Shown: piece after piece, positions 26,187 through 37,689 of the stretch
Position numbering within the stretch: the stretch's first letter is position 1
Layout of the letters: the number at the start of each line of letters is the position of its first letter
Assembly (NCBI GenBank): GCA_951406725.2
Contig: OX597818.1
Location: forward strand, 129,022,001 to 129,086,000
Length of the DNA: 64,000 nucleotides
Source of the DNA: Octopus vulgaris
Taxonomy: Eukaryota
Direction of reading: 5' to 3'
Program-made: the position numbers and the translations under genes
Notes under the pieces: generated by a model
What the model was told of the DNA's origin: nothing
Database searches by the model: none
What the model saw: only the letters and a program-made list of their open reading frames with translations

Positions 26187-26560
26187 AAAACAAGAGCACA
26201 CAGAGAGTACAAACTTCTGCCAAGGCAACACCAATGTCCTCTCAACGATTAGCCAAAGATGATTTTTAGAATGAGAATACCTGAAATAAACTCGACTGCT
26301 CTCACAAATGAAAATACTAAAAATGAACCTGACCACTCTCAAAAATTAAGTAAAAAAAAAACAGGAAAAATAATCCAGAATCCTTGTCTGGTACCAGATT
26401 AATCCCAAAATCTAATCAGTTTGTGCCAGTCATGAGGCCAAACATCTCTGAAAGTTTCATCTAAATCCATCCAGCGGTTCTTGAGATATCTTGTCCATGG
26501 ACAAACAAACAAACGTGACTGAGAACAATACTTCTGCCTCAGCAAAGGCAGAGGTAAAAA
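26187..26560 (+). mobile_element. Helentron/HINE-like non-autonomous element
   Basis: Starts aaaacaagag; subterminal CTTCTGCC is repeated near the 3' end, where it forms the hairpin cttctgcctcagcaaaggcagagg followed by taaaaa; internal (caaa)n. Confidence 0.55.
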
Positions 26561-26979
26561 CCAAATTTACTGAGTACTAATTTTAAAACTATTTCTATAG
26601 TTTCTTCTAATCTGATTAAATTTCGTTACTTCTCATTTATTTTGAAAATATATTTTTTCGAAATCCTTTTAGAATTTTTTGACTGAACACTCAAATACAA
26701 AACTTCATTATACAGTTTTTGGCCCTTTTTACTTAATTCATAATTTACATGTTAAACATTTGATATCCTTTGACATAGTCTTTGCCTCATTCATACTTAT
26801 CCTATAATTTTTATGAGAAAATAATGACACGCTATGAAAAAGTCTATCAACATCATCAGCATTTATTTCATTTTATATATATTTATCATATATTCAATAA
26901 TTTGTGTTTTTTTTTGCCTTTTCTCCATCTTTTAAGCCTTATATATACAATGATAAAAAATTTTCTGTATTTTAGTGTT

Positions 26980-27330
26980 CTTTTACTTTCATTTGTTTCA
27001 GTCATTAGACTGTGGCCATGCTGGGGCACCACCTTCATGAGGTTTTAGTCAAATGAGTTGACCCCAGTACTTATTCTTTTATTAAGTCTGGTACTTATAC
27101 TATTGGTTTCGTTTGCCAAACTGCTAAGTTCCAGGGGCATAAACACACCAGCACTGGTTGTCAAGTGGTAGTGGGACACACACACACACACACACAAAAT
27201 GGATTCTTTCAGTTTCTGTCAACCACATCCACTGACAAGGCTCTGGTCTGACCAAGGCTATAGTAGAAGACACTTGCCCAAGTTGCCATGTATTGGAACT
27301 GAACCTGAAACCATGTGACTAGGAAGCAAG
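26980..27330 (-). mobile_element. SINE family A
   Basis: Family A match. Confidence 0.8.
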
Positions 27331-27824
27331 AATTAAAGTCTTAGAACAAGAATTAAAATCTTAGAAAAGTACCAAATCTAAATCTGAAATCCCATCTATT
27401 TCATGTAACTGAATTTGATGAGTTAGCAGTGAAAGTTTAAGTAAATTATTAAAACTGTTGATATACTTCAAATTCAAATTTCGTTTTTCATACAAACTTG
27501 CAGTGTTTGACTTTTCCTTCATCATGAAAAGTACAAAGAAGCAGAGAAGAAAGGGTAAGATTTTTTTCTTTCAATGTGAGTTACAAATGTTTCAGAACAT
27601 GGAATAAGATAAAATGACTGAAAATTACAAAAGAACACGAAAAAGAATAATTTTTGTGGTTGTTGCTGTTCAACGGAGTGTTTGCTACACTCATACTTTT
27701 TATATATCACCATCACAAGAAATTAAAATTCAGGGAAATATTCTATTAAGCATCGTTAACATCCTATTATCCTTACACACACACACACACACAAATTTAT
27801 CTGTGTGTATATATATACATATAT

Positions 27825-27980
27825 ACGACGGGCTTCTTTCAGTTTCCGTCTACCAAATCCACTTACAAGGCTTTGGTCGGCCTGAGGCTATAGTAGAAGA
27901 CACTTGCCCAAGGTGCCATGCAGTGGGACTGAACCCGGGACTATGTGGTTGGTAAACAAGCTACTTACACACAGCCACCC
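27825..27980 (-). mobile_element. SINE family A, 5' half
   Basis: Family A match. Confidence 0.85.
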
Positions 27981-28011
27981 CTACACCTATTCTTTAATAT
28001 ATATATATATT

Positions 28012-28075
<64 letters not shown>

Positions 28076-28144
28076 CTATTTATGCCTGTGTGTATGTATA
28101 TATATATTCTTTTATTTTTTATATATACATATTATATACATAAA

Positions 28145-28522
28145 ATTAATATAGACAGCTGTGTGCAATGTTTTACCGAACAGGAAAACTATAAATGTCA
28201 CAAAATATGACTAGGGTGTTAGAACACTTACATTGCTAGAAATAAGAGCTAAAAATCTCTAATGCTGTAGTTAAAGCACATAATTGTATACATATGTGCT
28301 GAGAGGGACTGGAATCGCCCAAAAGCACCGGTTGAGAGTTCCCTATACTGATCGGTCAGTTTTGGCTAATTCTGTAGCCTCATCAGTAGGGACTGGTGCT
28401 TTGGGGCAATTACACTCCTTGTCAGTGCACATGTATATAATTATGTGCTTTAACTATACCATTAGAGCTTTTTAGCTTTTATTTCTAGCAATGTAGGTGT
28501 TCTAACACTCTAATGACATTTA
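28145..28522 (-). mobile_element. Fold-back Penelope-like/retrozyme element with a hammerhead at its apex
   Basis: Arms 28212-28332 and 28392-28512 are imperfect inverted copies; flanked by TA-rich repeats. Confidence 0.7.
28341..28391 (-). ncRNA. Type I hammerhead ribozyme motif with G12A substitution
   Basis: Minus strand: CCCTA-CTGATGA-GGCTA cagaat TAGCC-AAAAC-TGA ccga TCA-GTA-TAGGG; all three stems pair. Confidence 0.75.
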
Positions 28523-28582
28523 CTTATATATATATATGTACACACACACATATATATATGTACATATACAAACATACATACG

Positions 28583-28672
<90 letters not shown>

Positions 28673-28964
28673 ACATTTACTATACTTTCAGTTTCATTTT
28701 TCTATTTCCTTTTTTCCGATTTTTAAACCTTATAAATCTAATATTGAAAAATTTAAGACGTGGGAAGAGGGTGAGGGAGTAAAATTTATAAACAAACAAA
28801 TATAAATGCAAAAGCAAGAAATTGTTCATTGTAAGATTTTTAGCTATGACAAAAGAGTAGAGAAAACCATCACCACCACCACCACCATTATTATTATTAT
28901 TATTATTATTATTATAGCTATTATTATTATTATGATCCAATAAGAGCCTCTGGGGGAGCAATTC

Positions 28965-28999
<35 letters not shown>

Positions 29000-29362
29000 C
29001 TGTTATAACAAATGAAATCAAGGCAAATAATACTATATATTGACAATATACTAAGCAATTGAATCAAATAACAATAAAAATTAACAAGCATTACAAACTT
29101 TTAAAAAATATTTATTTATGTATATATATATTTTTTTATACTAATGAATTACAAATTATTTATTAATTTACTTTGTCAATTGTAGTGTATTTTCCTACCT
29201 TTTGTCTAAAGAATACAGAATGCTAGCACCTAAAGCAAAGTTCAGTGATTGCCTGATGGAAATATAGATCTATTACATAAAAATCTACAGAGTATTTCAA
29301 CCATAAAATAAACTAATGAATGGATTAGTTGAGGTTATGATGATAATTATGATGATAATGAT

Positions 29363-29393
<31 letters not shown>

Positions 29394-29399
29394 TTGTAG

Positions 29400-29780
<381 letters not shown>

Positions 29781-30073
29781 ATATTTGTAAGCCTTTCTAA
29801 TTTGCCACAAGTCTGTCAAGGGGAGAACATTACAGTACAATAAGAAAAGCATGTTACCATGCGCATGCACACAAATACACACATATGCACACACACAAAT
29901 GTGCTTGTGTGTGTGAGTGTGTGAGTGTGTGTATGTGTGCATGGTAATATATATACTCCTATGCCTTTATATCTATCTGTCTATCTGACTATCTATATGT
30001 GTATATTAGTATGCCTGTGTGTACATGCGTATGTATGTATGTATGTATGTATGAATGCATGCGTGTGTACATG

Positions 30074-30112
<39 letters not shown>

Positions 30113-31499
30113 TTACACACACATATATATACATGCACACATACACACACACATATATATATATATACACACATGCACACACACACGCACATGAATACAT
30201 ATTCCCGCATCAATACATATGTATATGATACAGTACAATAGACGATAACAATAAAAACAATAACAAAAGCAATAACGATGATGATAATGATGATAATGAT
30301 AATAATAATAATAATGACAGTAACAACAAAAACAATCAAAATTAAATAAATAATTAAAATGAAATCAAACTTCAATCAAGACTCTTGCTGAAAATATACC
30401 TCCAGGAAAACCTGATTCTATCTATTCAATGGAATTTTATGATAGATTTTTCAGAATCACTAGTGCGGAAGACAGTTTGCTAGATAAATGGATCAAATGA
30501 CAGGGAATGTCAGGAACTATAATTCCTGAAAAATGCCTACAGAGTTATTTGAAAATTCAATGAGAGAGAGAGAGAGGGTGGGGGTGGGGGAGAAATCTAA
30601 TAACAATTTCAATTTATAGAAAAGTATTTAATATATACATATATAATATACTCTCTCATAATATATTCATAGAAAAACATATGAAAATTAATAATGAAAA
30701 TTTCGAAAAAAAATAATAACAATAATAATTGATATAAATATAGAAGAAAATTTGAAAATAAAAGTGAGATATAAATGAAAACACTAAATTTATTTGAACT
30801 AATTTTGGTTTGTCAAGGATGGTGTGGATTACTATATTAATTATGCTCCTCTCCACTCTCTGATGTATGGACATTGGGATTACTGGGTGGGTTCAATGAT
30901 TATTAACTGACTAAGAGGCCTGAGAGGTCAGTGGCAGATATACTACCAGTTTAGTAGAGTTTTCACCCATGGCCAAGATACTGAAGTCCTGTATGGCCAA
31001 GTTTACCAAATTTGGAGTAGACATCATAAATGTTTGTTGTTGTTGTTCAATCTCAGGCCAACTCAAATAAGAAATGTCCTATATATAAATTAATCAAAAA
31101 TTAAATTTCTTTATTGCTGAGTCTGTTTTTTCATTTTCTTCATTATAACAGAATTGTGGTCCTAAAACCAAGGTGCCACATAAAAAGCATTGGTGTGGGT
31201 GCTGGTGCCATATAGAAAGTACTGGTAATGGTGCTACACAAAAGGCACCCAGTATACTTTGTGAAGTGGTTGGCATTAGGAAGGGCACATAGCCATAGAT
31301 ACCAAGCCCAAACCAACTATGAAACTTGGTGCACCCCCCCCCCCCGGCCTTGCCATTTCCTGTCAAGCTGTCCAACCTATGCCAGTATGGAAAATGGACA
31401 TTAAATGTTGTTGATGATGATGATGATGATAATGATGACTTGTTGGATTTGGAAGAATGAGGCACTGTCTATGACCTGAACAAGATCTCTTAGACCAGT

Positions 31500-31830
31500 G
31501 AAATTGATGTCATCCTTAATGGTTCTCTTGAAACCTTGTAATAAAACTGAGGCGTAGAGGGAGTTTCAGACAGGTGGTATTCTGGAAAGGAAGGATTGGG
31601 GGTAGGGATCAGTACAGACCCTGGGTGGATGGGATTTGGACACAAGGAGGGTAGTGATAGGAGAGATGAGTGGGCCAGAATTGTCCAGCTGGAGGGAGCA
31701 TAATGCCAACCAGATCCAAAGAGCAGAGGCCATTATAATAGGGGTAAAAAAGGCAGAGAGATGACACAGCATGCCTGTGAGCTAGAAGTTGGAGCATGCG
31801 TGTGAGGGACTTTATCCCACTCAGCCAAGT
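31500..31830 (-). pseudogene. CR1/Jockey-type LINE ORF2 C-terminal fragment
   Basis: LQLLAHRHAVSSLCLFYPYYNGLCSLDL..LPP..H..CVQIP / SFLSRIPPV*NSL resembles the L..RR.V.SL.LFYRYY.G.CS..L / SF.PRT...WN.LP pattern. Confidence 0.6.
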
Positions 31831-31857
31831 GGCTTTTGCTGGATGCTGTCTAGAAAG

Positions 31858-31902
31858 CCTAACCCTAACCCTAACCCTAACCCTAACCCTAACCCAAACC
31901 CT
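31858..31902 (-). repeat. Interstitial telomeric repeat (TTAGGG)~7
   Basis: cctaac x6, ccaaac, cct on the plus strand. Confidence 0.85.
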
Positions 31903-32112
31903 TGTTGCTGAATGACACAAGATTGATATAGCTTCATTCAAGGATGCTTTTGAAGTTTCTGTTCATGGAATCATTGCTGGTTTGGTATGTGGTGTTTATG
32001 TTGTGAGCTGGTGGTGCATGTATGGGAATGTTAGGGAGAAAGGATTAGTAGTATCATTTGCATAATTGTTGAATATAGTGGACTTTACCCAATCTGAGTA
32101 GATATCACGAAT

Positions 32113-32495
32113 GGAGGCGCAATGGCCCAGTGGTTAGGGCAGCGGACTCGCGGTCATAGGATCGTGGTTTCGATTCCCAGACCGGGCGTTGTGAGTGTTT
32201 ATTGAGCGAAAACACCTAAAAAAGCTCCATGAGGCTCCAGCAGGAGATGGTGGTGATCCCTGCTGTACTCTTTCACCACAACTTTCTCTCACTCTTACTT
32301 CCTGTTTCTGTTGTACCTGTATTTCAAGGGACCGGCCTTGTCACTCTCTGTGTCACGCTGAATATCCCCGAGAACTACGTTAAAATGTGTCTGTGGAGTG
32401 CTCAGCCACTTACACGTTAATTTCACGAGCAGGCTGTTCCGTTGATTCGGATCAACCGGAACCCTCATCGTCGTAACCGACGGAGTGCTTCCACC
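32113..32495 (+). mobile_element. SINE family C with 15-bp TSD
   Basis: Same as 25113; AGATATCACGAATGG at about 32100 and about 32496. Confidence 0.9.
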
Positions 32496-32734
32496 AGATA
32501 TCACGAATGGTTGTTGCTTTTATTGTTAACGAGCAAAACGCCCCCACATCCAATGGGTGGTGCTGAGTTGTCAAACATTTAAACCAAATTTTCTCAAAAC
32601 AACTTGTCCGACCATTCCATAGGCCTCCCCTTTGAGAAACACTGATTTAGCCTAAATTTGAGACACCAGCAAAAGAAGAAATAATGTAACAGCTGATGTA
32701 CTTGTGCATACAAATGCATGGCTTTATCAATTGC

Positions 32735-32924
32735 ACGGCTTTATCGATCGCACGGCTTTATCGATCGCATTCTCACCTGGAATCAATTTTTGTAATTATT
32801 TTCAAGACTTATACACACCCCGATACTGTCGGTATCTACATATCAAATTTGACCGCAATCAGATGGAGGATGCCCGAGATCCTAGAAGACACACACACAA
32901 ACAGAACGGATTTTATATAATAGA
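32735..32924 (-). mobile_element. Helitron-like 5' portion
   Basis: Minus strand begins TCTATTATATAAAA followed by (TG)n, like the other Helitron 5' ends; 3' boundary unclear. Confidence 0.45.
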
Positions 32925-33099
32925 TGTGTTGCCCCAGATCAAACACACATGAAGAATGACATCAATATAAAAATGACATTTGTATAAATTAACAAAACCT
33001 GAGTTTGAATAAATTTTAGACATTGTGAGTTATTTTAAAGAATATGAATTCATTGCTGTGATTTTGAACATAAAATAGTGTAAAACATTTTAAGAGATA

Positions 33100-33406
33100 C
33101 TAGCAGTATCGCCCGGGGTTGCTCGGGTTTGTAAGGGAAATAACTATATAAGCATTTTTAGAGAGTTACTTCCCTTATATAACCCGAGCAAAAATCATTA
33201 AAAATGCGGAAAAATGATGGTAAATTTTTTTTAAATCATAGACTCATCATAGACGTGCGCTAATACCCAGAAGGGCTCGATATGAATGACGACTATAAGA
33301 TACCCACTTTTGGTTAAACTGCATGGTTAAAATGTGGGAGTAGTTAGGAATCTAAATTGGAGGAGACAGAGTCTCACACACACAACTTCAATTTTATATA
33401 TAAAGA
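33100..33406 (-). mobile_element. Non-autonomous Helitron (family H1)
   Basis: 5' TCTTTATATATAAAA; 3' hairpin CCCGAGCAACCCCGGG then CTAG; A/T insertion site. Confidence 0.88.
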
Positions 33407-33544
33407 TTTTCAACCACTGTTCCATAGCACATTTGTGTGTCACATATGGTCTGCAGGAGTGCCATGAATTTTTGAAGCGAACTGGAACTACCAAGGGATA
33501 TTGAAAATTTGAGTGTAATGGTGCTAGGGTAAGGGTAGAAAATC

Positions 33545-33803
33545 CCATCAGTCATGAATTACCATGGGATTGCACTTAGAATATCTTCCTCCAAGGCACA
33601 AGTCCAAGTGAAGTTGTCATATGGAAGACCAGCAGCCACCCATGCATGCCAGTCTCCCCTCTTCACACCACTGATGTTATCCAAAGGAAAGGCAAAAGCT
33701 GATACAGCTTGGCAGTAGTGATGTCACAACGCATTTCTACAGCCGAGTGAACTGGAGCAATGTGGAATAAAGTATCTTCTCAAGAACCACAACACACAGC
33801 CCG
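33545..33803 (-). mobile_element. SINE with CCTTGAG/CTCCAGT.CACTC central domain and a distinct tail
   Basis: gagtgaactggagcaatgtggaataaagt..ctcaag is shared with 56053-56372 and 47760-48065; the remainder differs. Confidence 0.6.
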
Positions 33804-33835
33804 ATCTAATTTTGTAAATATTCGAACAGCTGCAT

Positions 33836-34438
33836 TAATCCTTTAACATTTACACTGGCCATACCTGGCCCAAATATTCTACCTGTTTTATGTTCATACT
33901 GGTCCAACATGGCCTCTCACATTTATTCTACAACTAGCAGTATTGCCCGGCGTTGCTCGGATTTGTAAGGGAAATAACTATATAAGCATTTTTAGAGAGT
34001 TATAGCCAAAAAATAGCAAAAAATGCATTAAAAATGGAAAAAAAATTATGGTAAATTTTTTTAAATCGTTGACTCATCGTAGACATTTTTAGAGAGTTAC
34101 TTCCCTTATTTAATAGCGAAAAAAATGATGGTAAATTTAAAAAAAAATCGTAGACTCATCGTAGACACGTGCTAATACCCAGAAGGGATCGATATGAATC
34201 ACGACTATAAGATACCCGGTTTTGGTTAAACTGCACCGCAAAATGTGGGAGTAGTTAGGAATCTAAATCGTAGGAGACAGACACACAACCTTACTTTTAT
34301 ATATAAAGATGTCATTTTAAAAATAAACAATCGCATCATCAAAATCTTGAAGCTATGAGATAATGTATGATAAATTCTAAACGATGTGAATAAATAAGCA
34401 TTACATTTGACAGAGTAATCAGAATGCTAAAGGGTTAA
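33836..34438. mobile_element. TTAA-flanked (piggyBac-type) MITE with nested Helitron
   Basis: ttaatcctttaacatt ... aatgctaaagggttaa; sister copy in the opposite orientation at 34536-35078. Confidence 0.7.
33934..34309 (-). mobile_element. Non-autonomous Helitron (family H1)
   Basis: Same termini as 33100-33406, with a short internal duplication. Confidence 0.88.
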
Positions 34439-34535
34439 AGGGCTTATTTTTTAAATTTCTTGATACTTTAAAACAGAGATGGATGCATATATTGCACTAT
34501 GCTGCAAAGGAATACATATACACTTATCTGGTGCA

Positions 34536-35078
34536 TTAACCCTTTGGCACTCACATTATTCTGCCAAAGATAATACTAAGTTATTCAATTGCTTAATATT
34601 AATCATGCATCATCTCATACTGAGTGAGTTTTTGGCAATATGATTGTTTATTTTAAGATTGACATTATAGGGTAGGCGTGAGAAACCAGATCTGATTTGT
34701 TGTTGTTTGTTCCTTCTCGAGCCATGCCTGCCTCATAAGGGCCGGTTTCCTTGGCGTATAGCTTCCCCACCTGGATGGGACATTGGTCCATCGCAGTTGA
34801 GCTGCAAGATGCAGGAGGAAGGAGTGAGAGAAAGTTATGGCAAAAGAGTCAGCAGAAGTTCACCATTACCTTCTGCCAGAGCCGCATGGAGCTTAGGTGT
34901 TTCGCTCATAAACTCAAACATCGCCCAGTCTGAGATTCGAATCCACGATCTCTTGACTGTGAGTCTGCTGCACTAACCACTAAGCCATGTGCCTCAACAA
35001 CCAGATCTGATTGGTTTGAACATATAACAAGTAGAATATTTTGACAGGATATGGCCACTTTAAATGCTAAAGTGTTAA
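34536..35078. mobile_element. TTAA-flanked MITE with nested SINE (about 34700-34997, TSD AACCAGATCTGATT)
   Basis: ttaaccctttggcac ... aatgctaaagtgttaa; the nested minus-strand SINE has a family C-like head and a (caa)n tail. Confidence 0.7.
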
Positions 35079-35235
35079 AGATATTAAAGTTTTGAAAATA
35101 CATTTAGCACTTTTAATCAGTGGGACAAGGACTGATAAAGGTTAAATTTGCTACATTATACACATCAATGTGAAACAGAGAAATGAAACAGACCTCAGTA
35201 AGACCTAATTCTCTTTAGTATCTCAAATTTTTTTA

Positions 35236-35408
35236 GGAGTGGCTGTGTGGTAAGTAGCTTGCTTACCAACCACATGGTTCCAAGTTCAGTCCCACTGCAT
35301 GGCACCTTGGACAAATGTCTTCTACTACAGCCTTAGCCTGACCAAAGCCTTGTGAGTGGATTTGGTAGTCGGAAACTAAAAGAATCCCGTCGTATATATG
35401 TATATATA

Positions 35409-35444
<36 letters not shown>

Positions 35445-35698
35445 TGTATGTATGTATGTATGTATGTATTTATGTATGTGTGTGTATATGTTTGTGTGTC
35501 TCTGTTTGTCCCCACCAACATTGCTTGACAACCGATGCTGGTGTGTTTATGTCCCCTGTAACTTAGTGGTTCGGCAAAAGAGGCTGATAGAATAAGTACT
35601 AGGCTTACAAAGAATAAGTCCTGGGGTCGATTTGCTTGACTAAAGGCGGTGCTCCAGCATGGTCACAGTCAAATGATTGAAACAAGTAAAAGAGTAAA
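35236..35698 (+). mobile_element. SINE family A, full length
   Basis: Complete head, body and tail. Confidence 0.9.
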
Positions 35699-35825
35699 CT
35701 AAAATTTTAGCAAAAGTGATAGGACACTTCATTAATTGCTACACCAGTGAATTCATTTTCTAAAATCATAGCTCTGGGTTCAAGTTCTGCCAGGGACAAT
35801 TTTATATTATTTTGAGGATGATATA

Positions 35826-36535
35826 AGGTGGTGACCCGGCAGAATCATTACTGCATCAGACAGAATGCTTAATGGTATTTTGTCTGTCTTAAGGCGGCGA
35901 GCTGGCAGAAACGTTAGCACGTCGAGCGAAATGCGTAGCCGTATTTCGTCTGTCGTTACGTTCTGAGTTCAAATTCCGCCGAGGTCGACTTTGCCTTTCA
36001 TCCTTTCGGGGTCGATAAATTAAGTACCAGTTACGCACTGGGGTTGATGTAATCAACGTAATCCGTTTGTCTGTCCTTGTTTGTCCTCTCTGTGTTTAGC
36101 CCCTTGTGGGTAGTAAAGAAATAGGTATTTCGTCTGTCTTTATGAAAGGTGGTGAGCTGGCAGAATTGTTAGCACGCCAAGCGAATGCTTAGCAGTATTT
36201 CGTCTTCCGCTACGTTCTGAGTTCAAATTCCGCCAAGGTCGACTTGCCTTTCATCTTTTCAGGTTTGATTAAATAAGTACCTGTTATGCACTGGGGTCAA
36301 TATAATTGACTTAATCTGTTTGTCTGTCCTTGTTTGTTCTCTCTGTGTTTAGCCCCTTGTGGGTAGTAAAGAAATAGGTATTTCATTTGTCTTTATGTTC
36401 TGAGTTCAAATTCTGCCTATATCAACTTTGCCTTTCATCCATTTGGGGGTTGATGAAATAAATACCAGTTGAGTATTGATGTGATCAGCTTACCCACTTC
36501 ACACAGACTGCTGGCCTTGTGCCAAAATTTAAACT
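35826..36535 (+). mobile_element. Nested SINE family B cluster (two copies inside an older copy)
   Basis: Copies start at about 35891 and about 36146; GGTATTT(C/T)(G/A)T(C/T)TGTCTT is repeated at about 35874, 36125 and 36377. Confidence 0.85.
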
Positions 36536-36754
36536 ATTATTTTGAGGGTTGATAACATCAAATTTTTGCAGTATACTAAGGATCAATAAATATATTGACA
36601 AATAGCCAGAAGAAATAAAATGCAAGACAAACAGACAGATAAAATGGCTGAAAGTAAGAAACAAAGAAAACAATAAGGGAAGTTTATATATTTAAAGAGA
36701 AAAAAAAAAATCAAGTCAATAAGAACTTCAATTATGAATTTTGAATGAATATAT

Positions 36755-37175
<421 letters not shown>

Positions 37176-37194
37176 TGCATGTGGCTATAAGCAC

Positions 37195-37490
37195 AGCATG
37201 GCTGTGTGGTTTGAAGCTTGTTTCCCAATCACATGGTTCCGGGTTCAGTCCCATTCCGTGGCACCTTAGATGAGTGTCTTCTACTATAACTTTGGGCTGA
37301 TCAAAGCCTTGTGAGTGGATTTGGTGGACAGAAACTGAAAGAAGCCCATTGTATATGTGTGTGTGTATTGTGTGTGTGTGTCTGTGTTTGTTGGTGTGTT
37401 TACGTCCCTGTAACTTAGCAGTTTGGCAAAAGATATCAATAGAATAAGTACTAGGCTTACAATGAAACAAGTAAAAGAGTAAAAGAATAA
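37195..37490 (+). mobile_element. SINE family A, internally deleted
   Basis: Family A match. Confidence 0.8.
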
Positions 37491-37546
37491 TACATACATA
37501 CATATAAACATGTTTACATATATATATATATATGTATGTGTGTGTG

Positions 37547-37578
<32 letters not shown>

Positions 37579-37635
37579 CATACATGCATTTTGAATGGAT
37601 AAGTCTCTCTCTCAATCTCTCCCTCTCTCTCTCTA

Positions 37636-37687
<52 letters not shown>

Positions 37688-37689
37688 CA

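Noticed and set aside
27504-27554. Possible plus-strand small exons (27504-27554, 52095-52120, from 60572)
   Set aside because: AG/GT signals with short open frames are expected by chance in 64 kb; no recognisable protein and no consistent gene model.
30370-30500. Protein-like short frame SIKTLAENIPPGKPDSIYSMEF..
   Set aside because: No upstream start or convincing splice acceptor, and no recognisable family.
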